Shown here in pieces: positions 45,483 through 54,464 of a stretch of DNA of 64,000 nucleotides. The number at the start of each line of letters is the position of its first letter. Position 1 is the stretch's first letter. The stretch is taken from positions 106,730-170,729 of the forward strand of contig JAFGJO010000009.1 of the NCBI GenBank assembly GCA_016929065.1, read 5' to 3'. Both the position numbers and the translations under genes were made by a program. Below the pieces are notes generated by a model, which saw only the letters and a list, made by a program, of their open reading frames with translations, had not been told where the DNA came from and did no database searches. This DNA is from Spirochaetales bacterium. Its GTDB lineage: Bacteria > Spirochaetota > Spirochaetia > SZUA-6 > RPPD01.

Positions 45483-46892
45483 TTAAAATTGAAAATAAAT
45501 AAATTGGCTTGAATTAAATACGCCGATATACAATATTACAAATACGACGATGCTGTAATAAGCAATTTTGGCAGATGAATGGTTTATTTTCTTGAGTCTG
45601 CCCGCTCTGTCAAAATATTCCTTTTTAAATTCGACAATGACAAGCAGCAGTATGGCTAAAAGTGCATACACGGGTGCAACGATATCAGCTCCTTCGGGGA
45701 TAAACAGTTTTCCGGGTTTTGTTAAAATAGAATGTACTATATGAAATGCATCTGTAATATTCGCTGCCCTGAAAAATATCCAGGAAAAACATATCAATAA
45801 AAACGTAATAAAAACATTCAGTATGCCCTTCCTGCCCGATTTGAAAAATACCGCTTCTGCGATCAGATAGATTCCGTTCAATGCACCCCACAATACAAAA
45901 GTCCAATTTGCCCCATGCCACAACCCGCTGACAAGAAATGTTATGAATATGTTTATCAGCCATCGTGGTGTGGAGGTGCGGTTTCCTCCTAATGGAATAT
46001 ATACATAATCTCTAAACCATGTTGACAATGAAATATGCCAGCGCTTCCAAAAATCGCCGACTGACGCTGCAAAATACGGCCTGTTGAAATTTGTCATAAT
46101 ATGAAAACCAAATAAACGGGCAGTACCGATTGCGATTAATGAATATCCGGCAAAGTCACTGTAAATTTGGAACGCAAATAAAATCGTGGCCGCGATGAAA
46201 GTTATCCCTTCATGATTATTGACATTATTGTAGACTGCATCAACATAAATTGCCGCTCTGTCCGCAACAACCAGTTTCATGAAGAAGCCGAAAATTATCA
46301 GTTTTATTCCGGCAGACATGTCTTTGTATAAAAATTGGCGTTTTTTAAAAAACTGCGGAAGCAGATTTATCGCCCGTTCGATTGGGCCTGCAACGAGTTG
46401 TGGAAAAAAACTGACAAAAGCGAGAAAAGACAAAACATCACGTGTTGGAGAAATTTTTTTGTTATATACATCAATGGAATAGCTTAATGTCTGAAATGTA
46501 TAGAAACTGATTCCCACGGGTAAAACAATACTGAGCCGGGCGGGGTCAATCGCCATCCCGAAAAAAGTAAATGCATGTGCAAAACTCTCGGTAAAGAAGT
46601 TGAAGTATTTGAATATACCAAGAAGTCCAAGGTTTATACAAACACTGATGAACAGCAATAGTTTTCTTTTCCCGGGGTTTTCTGTTTTACCGAGTCCGAT
46701 GCCGACAAAATAATCGACGAATGAGCTTATAATAATGAGAGACAGGAATCGCCAGTCCCACCAACCGTAAAAAACATAGCTTGCCGATACAAGTAAAAGG
46801 TTTTGAATTTTCAAATTTCTGTTTAGAACAAACCAATATAATAAAAATACTATGGGGAGAAAAATGAAAAATTCAATTGAATTAAATAACAT
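45483..46892 (-). CDS. MBOAT-family membrane O-acyltransferase (AlgI/DltB-like)
   Basis: 469 aa polytopic protein. Conserved His region FWKRWHISLSTWFRDYVYIPLGGNR and the downstream LWHGANW motif. RBS AGGAAGGA lies 5 nt upstream of the ATG. Confidence 0.9.
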   Translation of the reverse strand: MLFNSIEFFIFLPIVFLLYWFVLNRNLKIQNLLLVSASYVFYGWWDWRFLSLIIISSFVDYFVGIGLGKTENPGKRKLLLFISVCINLGLLGIFKYFNFFTESFAHAFTFFGMAIDPARLSIVLPVGISFYTFQTLSYSIDVYNKKISPTRDVLSFLAFVSFFPQLVAGPIERAINLLPQFFKKRQFLYKDMSAGIKLIIFGFFMKLVVADRAAIYVDAVYNNVNNHEGITFIAATILFAFQIYSDFAGYSLIAIGTARLFGFHIMTNFNRPYFAASVGDFWKRWHISLSTWFRDYVYIPLGGNRTSTPRWLINIFITFLVSGLWHGANWTFVLWGALNGIYLIAEAVFFKSGRKGILNVFITFLLICFSWIFFRAANITDAFHIVHSILTKPGKLFIPEGADIVAPVYALLAILLLVIVEFKKEYFDRAGRLKKINHSSAKIAYYSIVVFVILYIGVFNSSQFIYFQF

Positions 46893-47061
46893 TCAAATCC
46901 TTCCTGAATTCAATTCGATAGTTGTCACACTCATTCTGTCCAGATACGTTCTTTTGTTTTACTCTGTTATCTGAACAATACTGCGATGGTAGTTATAGAC
47001 CAGATTCAGGTCAATGTTCCCTGGTTATGTTTATGTTTGCTCCACCGACCGTCCTTGTCGA

Positions 47062-47090
47062 ATTATAGTCATCCCGTATGTGCTTTTCAA
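47062..47090 (-). promoter_or_regulatory. Near-consensus sigma70 promoter driving the MBOAT/SGNH pair
   Basis: On the minus strand: TTGAAA (47090-47085), exactly 17-nt spacer, TATAAT (47067-47062). Lies in the 245-nt gap between wzy and the MBOAT gene. Predicted TSS is near 47055. Confidence 0.55.
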
Positions 47091-47110
47091 GAGAGTATGC
47101 TACAGTATCC

Positions 47111-47119
47111 GGGGGGGGG
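47111..47119. repeat. Homopolymeric G9 (C9 on the coding strand of flanking genes) tract
   Basis: GGGGGGGGG at 47111-47119. This is the longest G/C run I saw in the window (the others are 7 or shorter). It lies 19 nt after the wzy stop and 20 nt upstream of the -35 element above. Confidence 0.95.
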
Positions 47120-47138
47120 CAGGATCAAAGCCGATAAT

Positions 47139-48527
47139 TCATTCATCGGCCAGCATTATATTCAAACTGTTTTCAATTCTCTCAAATTCCGGATGAGTCC
47201 GGCTGGCAATCCCAACGGCACCAAGAATAAAAAATGCACCCGGTGGTGAGGAAAATATGGGACTTCCGATACTTTCAATCAGCCCTTCAATTAAGATCAT
47301 GAATGTGCCCACCTGGAATGCCTTCAGCAGAGTTGAGTTGGTTGTTTTGATTCTTTTCGCGAGTACGGAAAGAAAGAGGATGAAAATAAGTATATACAGT
47401 GCAAAACCGATAAAACCGGATTCACCGATAATCATGGGCCAGAATGTGTCGGTAATAAAATTCGGTGAAGACTTTGATATGCCCCATACATTTGAAAGCC
47501 CGTATTTATAATAAATCGGGCTGTAATATTGGAGACTCAGCCAGCTTCCATACCTTCCCATTCCGGCACCGAGCGGAAAGTGATCAGCAGCGACGTCGAC
47601 ACATTTGAAATACAGCACATTACGGGCGACTTCCATTGGATTCTCGAAAGCAATATATACGTCATATTTTGATTGCAGAAGCTCTGTAAGGGATCCGCCA
47701 ATCAGGATGAATCCGATGATCGCCAAAGGGATTAGAAACAGAATGATTTTTTTTCGCATTTTTTTTGGTACAAAAAACAAACCAAATAAAAGACTGATGA
47801 ATATACCGAATATCGAACGGGCCCGCATTGCAAAAAAACAGCCAAGAAAAAATAAAAGTCCGAAGATGAAAAATCTTTTTTTCCGGAAAAATACAGAAAA
47901 CGCAAAGGCATACAGGGCAAGGAAACTCATAAACCAGCCGAACACACCGGGATGGGTAAAAAATGATTGCACTGATGGTATGCCGTTTCGATAGTCGATA
48001 TATGCGGTATTCCCGATTATATTCCTGAACTGCGCAGGAATGAGCAGATCAATACCTCCAAAGAACAGAAAGATCATGCCGGTGACAAAAAATACCTGAA
48101 CATACTGGCGGAAAATCCAGGGTGACAGGGGAAGGTTGAAAAACAAAAAAAACAAAAGAAAAGCCTTAATGTAAAGTATGAATTGAGGCAGAATAATAAA
48201 GTAAGGAACATTGGCAGCAAGACTTGACAACACTGACACCGCCAAAAACAGGAGAAGGGGAATGTCGATCGGGTGTCGAGTCAAAGATCTTCCATGGGAA
48301 AGCCGTGTAAGTACAAGCAGGAGGAAAATAAAAATTGGAATGATCTCATCGATGTATTTTATAAAATTAAACAGGAAAGCATTATTCATGAAATTATTTG
48401 CGAGGAGATCCTGCAGGAGAAAATAAATCGCAAGAATAATGAGAAAATGGTGTGTTATAGCTGGTGCGGGAGCAGGCAGCTCTTTTGATTTGATTGTCCC
48501 GTAAATATTTTTTAAAAATGAAATCAT
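47139..48527 (-). CDS. O-antigen polymerase/ligase-family (Wzy-like) membrane protein
   Basis: 462 aa, at least 10 TM segments with one larger loop, very AT-rich and Phe/Ile/Leu-rich as is typical for Wzy. Family call rests on topology and context. Confidence 0.6.
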   Translation of the reverse strand: MISFLKNIYGTIKSKELPAPAPAITHHFLIILAIYFLLQDLLANNFMNNAFLFNFIKYIDEIIPIFIFLLLVLTRLSHGRSLTRHPIDIPLLLFLAVSVLSSLAANVPYFIILPQFILYIKAFLLFFLFFNLPLSPWIFRQYVQVFFVTGMIFLFFGGIDLLIPAQFRNIIGNTAYIDYRNGIPSVQSFFTHPGVFGWFMSFLALYAFAFSVFFRKKRFFIFGLLFFLGCFFAMRARSIFGIFISLLFGLFFVPKKMRKKIILFLIPLAIIGFILIGGSLTELLQSKYDVYIAFENPMEVARNVLYFKCVDVAADHFPLGAGMGRYGSWLSLQYYSPIYYKYGLSNVWGISKSSPNFITDTFWPMIIGESGFIGFALYILIFILFLSVLAKRIKTTNSTLLKAFQVGTFMILIEGLIESIGSPIFSSPPGAFFILGAVGIASRTHPEFERIENSLNIMLADE

Positions 48528-48545
48528 CTGACAGGCCTTATTCTG

Positions 48546-49310
48546 TTATTTTTTTTTAAACGGTTTCCTTGCCGTCGCATATATTCTGTTTTCAAATATA
48601 TGCTTTTGATTCTTTATTCCCCATCCAATTCCGATTTCTATCGTGGTATAAAGTCTGAGGATTTTTTCGACTATATTCCATAAAAAGGCACGAATACAGC
48701 TTCGAAGATTATATACAACCGGTTTTGCTCCAAATATATGAATGTTGATGAATCCGCACGCGCTGAGTATCTCGCGTAATGATAAAGCAGTGAAACCGGT
48801 TTCATGAGTAAAGTCTATGTAACGGTCGCGTGAACCGAATAATGTCTGATTGTTAATTGTAGCAATAAGTACTTTGCCGTCTGATTTTAGCGCTGTATGG
48901 ATTAATTCAAGAAATCTGACAATTTCGTCTTTTGTCAGATGTTCGATGATATCATGTGCAATGATCATATCATATGATTTCTTGTGCTTTGGAAGAAACC
49001 TCATGAGATCAGACTGTTTGATATTTTTTATTCCAATGCTCCGGGAGAAATTTATCATCTCGGGACTGATATCAATTCCTTCTGTATTAGTATAACCCTC
49101 CTGCTGTAAAAAATAGAGGAAATGTCCGCCGCCGCAGGCGATGTCAATTATTTTTTTGCTTTTATCCCGGGGGAGTATGTTCCTGAACCGTTTTCTGCTG
49201 ATTTTACAATAGTTTTCATACTGCTTCATGTTTGTGGAGTTAATGGATACCCAGTGCATTTTAAAATAATGATCATAGATACGTTTTCTATACTCAAAGG
49301 ACATTATCAT
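48546..49310 (-). CDS. Class I SAM-dependent methyltransferase
   Basis: Motif I IIDIACGGGHF, acidic post-I EGID, and AHDIIEHL...LKSDGKVLI pattern. Confidence 0.8.
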   Translation of the reverse strand: MIMSFEYRKRIYDHYFKMHWVSINSTNMKQYENYCKISRKRFRNILPRDKSKKIIDIACGGGHFLYFLQQEGYTNTEGIDISPEMINFSRSIGIKNIKQSDLMRFLPKHKKSYDMIIAHDIIEHLTKDEIVRFLELIHTALKSDGKVLIATINNQTLFGSRDRYIDFTHETGFTALSLREILSACGFINIHIFGAKPVVYNLRSCIRAFLWNIVEKILRLYTTIEIGIGWGIKNQKHIFENRIYATARKPFKKK

Positions 49311-49401
49311 ATTCTCCCGGAGGCTGATTGTATATCTGATACTATAACAGATGAGTGCCTGTAATCAATAGAGAGCCGATTGTGATGGTATCGTGAGATT
49401 C

Positions 49402-50352
49402 CTACCAGGTATCCGGTATGGTTTTGATTATTTTTTTTAAATTATATATATCCTTTCTGTACAGGGAGGCGAGCAATTTATTCACCTGTATATTTTCTGA
49501 GTATAAAGCTGTTTTCTTTTTGTAATAAATATTTTCAAATATATGTTTGAGTCTGGTGACAGGTATTTTTTCATACAGCGTCTTTATTCTCAACTTAGAG
49601 GCAAGTGAGCTCAAAGTTGATGATCTGGGAATTGGCAGGGAAGACGGATTGTATTTAATATCAGTCTGTACTTTGTATTGACTGTTTACTCCCAGAAAGG
49701 AAAAAACGTCCTGAACAATCTTTGCAGGGTCTTTTATAAAATCATCATAATAATAAATTCTCAGTTGTTGTTTTGGAAAAATATCGATAAATCTTTTTAT
49801 TTGGGAGTAATAGGCGCTCATCTCCAGACACAAACTGCGTGTCCCCCAAACGGTGTTTTTCTCATCATAGTTTTCTATCAGTTCAGTTATGGGGGAGCGG
49901 GTAAAACCGGTATTCAAATCGATCTTATAATGAGAAATTGCCCTTTCCACGGGGTTGCGAAGCATGATGATTATTTTTGCATCCGGATTAAAACGATATA
50001 TTTCATTTGCTGCTGACGTTGAAAACAGATAGAGGACGCTTGCTTCTCCTATTGCTTTTTCATTTTTAACATTTCCAAATAATGCAAGGTAGTCGTCCCG
50101 GTCTGTGATCCAGGCGAGATGGATTTCTTTTTTAAATTCTCCACGAAGATAATTTGTATAATTATTGCGGGCTATCTTTTGAAAAGGACCCCTGAAACTG
50201 GCAGGATCCATGTCAGTACAAAAATGACATGGTTCTTTTATTGGACTGAAATATATCTCCGGATGCTGTTTAAGGTACTGCCGCAGGGATGTTGTCCCGG
50301 ATCTGGCGGCTCCGACAATAAAAAAGTTTGGTTTGCTATATGGCTTTTCCAA
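49402..50352 (-). CDS. PAPS-dependent sulfotransferase family protein
   Basis: 316 aa. 5-prime-PSB loop FFIVGAARSGTTSL and 3-prime-PB motif MLRNPVERAISHY. The start is TTG at 50352, as there is no nearby in-frame ATG. Confidence 0.8.
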   Translation of the reverse strand: MEKPYSKPNFFIVGAARSGTTSLRQYLKQHPEIYFSPIKEPCHFCTDMDPASFRGPFQKIARNNYTNYLRGEFKKEIHLAWITDRDDYLALFGNVKNEKAIGEASVLYLFSTSAANEIYRFNPDAKIIIMLRNPVERAISHYKIDLNTGFTRSPITELIENYDEKNTVWGTRSLCLEMSAYYSQIKRFIDIFPKQQLRIYYYDDFIKDPAKIVQDVFSFLGVNSQYKVQTDIKYNPSSLPIPRSSTLSSLASKLRIKTLYEKIPVTRLKHIFENIYYKKKTALYSENIQVNKLLASLYRKDIYNLKKIIKTIPDTW

Positions 50353-51505
50353 CAGAAACAGTCCTTTCCGCTTTTCGGTTTGCTGACAGCATTAATATTT
50401 CCTCAAAAACAGCTTCATATTCCCTGACAATTTTCCTTATTTCAAAATATTGCACTGTTTTTTTTGCTTCAAGGGAAAATGTATAACGCATATTTTTGTT
50501 TTTGTAATACGTTTCAATTGCCGCAGTTAATTCCTGAATATTGTCCTGCGGTACCACCAGGCCGTTTTTATTATGTTCAATTATTTCCCTGTTGCCTCCA
50601 GGGCAGTCTGTTGCGATTATTGGTATTCCACAGACCATTGTTTCCAAAAGAACAACAGGGAATCCCTCAAACCGGGAGGGCAGTACATAACAATCTGCAT
50701 TGTGTATATACGGGAATGGATTCACTTTTTTCCCGAGAAGAAATATATACTGTTCGGCGTCAAGTGATTTGATTTTATCGTTCAGAGAGGAAAAATCCTC
50801 CCCTCCGCCGATTAATGTGAGCTGGATTGGATATTTTTTCCTTGCTTCCATAACCGCATCGATTAAAAGGGGGTAGTTTTTTTGGTAGGTAAGCCGGCCG
50901 CAGGAAACAATTTGAAAATTATTCTGATTCAGTAAAGGATTTATATCAAACGTTTTTTTTGACAGGGCAATTATTTTTTCCTGGTCGATGCCGTTATAAA
51001 TGCAGAGAATCCTGTTCTTGTCCAGTTTGAATACATGAACCAGTTCCTGCTGAATAAATTTACTTACCGTGACAATTACATCCGCAAAAGGATACAGGAA
51101 TTGAATCAATATTTTGGCAAGCAAATACCGTTTTTTTGTAAATTGTTCAAGACAGTTGTGCACACTGAAAATAACCAAAGGCTTGAATCCGGAAATAAAC
51201 CGGGCAAGCTGTACGGTAATATTTGTATACCAGAGAAAACTCAGGACCAGTGCCGGTTTTTCAGCTGAAAAAACTGTACGGGCCAGAAAAAAAATAATCC
51301 TGAATATGGAATATTTTGTTTTTTTGTTGCAATCAATAATTCGAACATCCTTTGGAATTTGCGGTAAAAAATCGCCTGAAGCCTTCAGCAGAACAAGGAC
51401 GGGTACAAATTTGGTTCTATCCAGATGCTGAAGCATGTCAACCAGAAGGCGCTCTGCTCCTCCGATCTCCATTGATGGACAAATAAACATTATCTTTTGC
51501 TTCAT
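50336..51505 (-). CDS. GT4-family glycosyltransferase
   Basis: N-terminus FICPSMEIGGAERLL and C-terminal EGFPVVLLETMVCGIPIIATDCPGGNREII (E-x7-E). The ATG at 51505 is preferred; the ORF opens at 51538. Overlaps the sulfotransferase start by 17 nt. Confidence 0.85.
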   Translation of the reverse strand: MKQKIMFICPSMEIGGAERLLVDMLQHLDRTKFVPVLVLLKASGDFLPQIPKDVRIIDCNKKTKYSIFRIIFFLARTVFSAEKPALVLSFLWYTNITVQLARFISGFKPLVIFSVHNCLEQFTKKRYLLAKILIQFLYPFADVIVTVSKFIQQELVHVFKLDKNRILCIYNGIDQEKIIALSKKTFDINPLLNQNNFQIVSCGRLTYQKNYPLLIDAVMEARKKYPIQLTLIGGGEDFSSLNDKIKSLDAEQYIFLLGKKVNPFPYIHNADCYVLPSRFEGFPVVLLETMVCGIPIIATDCPGGNREIIEHNKNGLVVPQDNIQELTAAIETYYKNKNMRYTFSLEAKKTVQYFEIRKIVREYEAVFEEILMLSANRKAERTVSVGKAI

Positions 51506-51722
51506 TTTTTTTCCTGTCTGTTCACTTGACGGTTTCATTCAGTAAAAGTATACCGGAAGCAGAGTGCAAATCAATAGTTTTATCCCATAGGTTGCATTTT
51601 TCGGCAGGGGGGAAAGGGGAGAATACGATCTTTTTCTGACTTTCCTTTCCGTTTTGTTGATATGTTGTTCAAAGTGCGACAAGATTGAATAATAATTCCA
51701 AATTCTTTATAGTCGATTGTAG

Positions 51723-52355
51723 ATGCCAATTTCATATGAGATTTCAGGATTTAACCGCAGACGAAAATGGAAACTTTTTCATAAACTATTTGATCCTGAT
51801 AAAGAAACTACTGTGCTAGATGTCGGTTTTTCTGAAGATGAATATACAAAGACAGATAATTTTATCGAGAAATATTTTCCTTTCCCCGAAAATCTGACTG
51901 CTTTGGGTGTGGATATTCCGAATGCATTTAAAAAAAGATATCCACAAGTAAAAGCGGTTCATTATGATGGAACTGTTTTTCCATTCAATGACAAGGCATT
52001 CGAGATTTGCTGGTCCAATGCGGTCATTGAACATGTCGGGGGCAGGAAAAAACAGATGTTGTTTTTACAGGAGATACACCGGGTTGCCAGGCAGGCCTTT
52101 ATTACAACCCCGAATAAATATTTTCCTGTGGAAACTCATACCCGAATTCCGTTCCTCCATATGCTGTCAAAGAGAATATTTGACCGGTATCTCCGGATGA
52201 TCGGAAAGTCCTGGGCTGCGGGTGATTACATGAATCTTTTATCTCTGAAAGATTTTACCTCTCTTTTGAACGATGCGGGAATATCCAATTACAGAATATA
52301 CCGGAACAGGTTGTTCGGATTCACCCTTGATTTTGTTGCTGTTATATTTGAATGA
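51723..52355 (+). CDS. Class I SAM-dependent methyltransferase (Methyltransf_11-like)
   Basis: VLDVGFSEDE, FEICWSNAVIEHVGG and the following RVARQAFITTPN pattern. Confidence 0.7.
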   Translation: MPISYEISGFNRRRKWKLFHKLFDPDKETTVLDVGFSEDEYTKTDNFIEKYFPFPENLTALGVDIPNAFKKRYPQVKAVHYDGTVFPFNDKAFEICWSNAVIEHVGGRKKQMLFLQEIHRVARQAFITTPNKYFPVETHTRIPFLHMLSKRIFDRYLRMIGKSWAAGDYMNLLSLKDFTSLLNDAGISNYRIYRNRLFGFTLDFVAVIFE

Positions 52356-52458
52356 CAGGTGGCCATTTTTCACCGGCACGATGAAAATATGGTGATATGA
52401 TATTCCCGGGATATTCCCTGTTGTTTTTAATCTGTTTTTATTATAATACAAGCAGTAT

Positions 52459-54321
52459 ATGTGTGGTATCTGCGGTATTTTTCATGCCGATAACAAACAA
52501 GTTGATCATGCCCGTATTAAAAAAATGGCTGATGTCATGTATCGGCGGGGTCCCGATGGGGAAGGTTTTTTTATCCAGGGAAAAATCGGGTTGGGACATA
52601 GAAGACTTGCCATTATTGACCTCGAGACCGGCGATCAGCCGCTGTTCAATGAAGATAAATCGGTTACCATTGTTTTTAACGGGGAAATCTACAACTATCA
52701 ATCGCTGACCAGGGAGTTGAAAAACCTGGGCCATCAGTTTTCAACTAAAAGCGATACCGAGGTGATCGTCCATGCCTATGAACAGTGGGGGACTGACTGT
52801 GTGACCCGGTTTAACGGCATGTGGGCTTTTGCCATTTGGGATGCGAAAAAACAGGGGCTTTTTATTTCCCGCGACAGAATTGGCGAGAAACCGCTGGTTT
52901 TTTACCAAAAGGACAAATCATTTTATTTTGCGTCAGAGATAAAAGGACTGCTTGCTTCAGGGGTCGCGGCAGAACCCGATACACAATTAATTGCCGTATA
53001 CCTCGCGCTTGGGTATGTTCCGGCACCATATACGTTCTACAAGAACATAAAAAGACTCCTGCCCGGGCATTCCCTCTGGATTGATGCATCCGGAAAAAAA
53101 GACCTGTGTTACTGGAAACTTCCCCAGCCGAAAGCGCATGAAATGGAAAGGGATGAGAAAAAGGCGGGAAGTATTTTCCGTGATTTATTCAGTGATGCAG
53201 TGCAAATTCGCATGCATGCGGATGTCCCCTTTGGCGCATTTTTAAGCGGGGGACTTGATTCGTCGGCTATCGTCACAATGATGTCAGGGGTTTCCGGGTT
53301 TCCGGTATCCACCTTTACAATCGGATTCAGGGAAAAGGAATTTGACGAGCGATATCTGGCACAGCTGGTGTCGCAGTCATGTCACACGAATCATTATGAA
53401 AAAGAAATGGCAAATAATGATTTCCTGCAGAATATAGAGCAGATACTTACCTGTTATGATGAGCCGTTTGGCGATTCTTCTGCAATCCCGACCGGGGCAG
53501 TTTCTGAATTTGCCAAAACAAAAGTAAAGATGGTTTTGACAGGGGACGGAGGGGATGAAGTCCTTTCAGGATATCCTTCATATCAGGCAGAAAAGGCACT
53601 ATCTTTTTACCTTTATGTTCCGGGGCCTTTCCGTAAAATTCTCCGGGGCTGCTGGGATCTTTTTCGGAATGTATCGTTCGGCGGTCTGCGGTATACATGG
53701 AACAGATTCCACAGACTGCTTTTCACCGCAGAACTGCCCTTTGTTTCACGGCTTGCAGAAAAAACATTTTTGTTTCCGCCGGGACTGCTGCAAAAACTGG
53801 TTGCCGGGTGCGGTCCGCAGATTGACCCTGTTGAATTTCTTTCTGACCGCATGAATGGCAGCAGTTTCAATGATCCATTTTATCAACTGATGTATTTTCA
53901 TTTCTCAACGATGCTCCCTGATGATATGCTGGCGAAAGTCGACCGTATGAGCATGTATCACTCACTTGAAACACGGCTTCCCTTCCTGGACTTCCGTTTG
54001 GTTGAGTTCGCAGCAGGTCTGCATAAAAATGTGAAGATGCAGGGGCTGCAAAGAAAATCGCTGTTAAGAAATACCCTGGGGAAATCGCTTCCAAAACAAT
54101 TACTGCAGGCACCCAAGAAAGGATTTGCAATACCGCACCGGGAGTGGTTCAAACAGAAAACCTTTATTCCTTTCCTTGATTCCCTGCTTTCACTCGAAAA
54201 GAGGGGATTTGATAACAATCTTCTGTCTTCCCTGTTTCTGGAGCACACAACCGGGAAGAAGGATTATGGCCAGTTAATCTGGTCAATTTCATTATTGAAA
54301 CAATGGATAACAAATTTATGA
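52459..54321 (+). CDS. Asparagine synthase (glutamine-hydrolysing) family amidotransferase
   Basis: 620 aa. N-terminal nucleophile MCGICGIF (Ntn glutaminase) and PP-loop FLSGGLDSS in the synthetase domain. Confidence 0.9.
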   Translation: MCGICGIFHADNKQVDHARIKKMADVMYRRGPDGEGFFIQGKIGLGHRRLAIIDLETGDQPLFNEDKSVTIVFNGEIYNYQSLTRELKNLGHQFSTKSDTEVIVHAYEQWGTDCVTRFNGMWAFAIWDAKKQGLFISRDRIGEKPLVFYQKDKSFYFASEIKGLLASGVAAEPDTQLIAVYLALGYVPAPYTFYKNIKRLLPGHSLWIDASGKKDLCYWKLPQPKAHEMERDEKKAGSIFRDLFSDAVQIRMHADVPFGAFLSGGLDSSAIVTMMSGVSGFPVSTFTIGFREKEFDERYLAQLVSQSCHTNHYEKEMANNDFLQNIEQILTCYDEPFGDSSAIPTGAVSEFAKTKVKMVLTGDGGDEVLSGYPSYQAEKALSFYLYVPGPFRKILRGCWDLFRNVSFGGLRYTWNRFHRLLFTAELPFVSRLAEKTFLFPPGLLQKLVAGCGPQIDPVEFLSDRMNGSSFNDPFYQLMYFHFSTMLPDDMLAKVDRMSMYHSLETRLPFLDFRLVEFAAGLHKNVKMQGLQRKSLLRNTLGKSLPKQLLQAPKKGFAIPHREWFKQKTFIPFLDSLLSLEKRGFDNNLLSSLFLEHTTGKKDYGQLIWSISLLKQWITNL

Positions 54322-54464
54322 AATCACGCTATACACCCAAACGCCAAATCATGTTGAAATGTCGGATAGAGACCGTTATACTGAGAAAGGGTATTCATCC
54401 AAAATAAAATGAAGAAGAATCTGGTGATGATAAACAATAACCGGGCGTAGTGGAAACAAACTGC

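Noticed and set aside
46986-47249. Small plus-strand ORFs (87 and 60 aa) spanning the wzy/MBOAT intergenic region and the G9 tract.
   Set aside because: They have no RBS and low-complexity translation. The region is better explained as a minus-strand promoter and 5-prime UTR.
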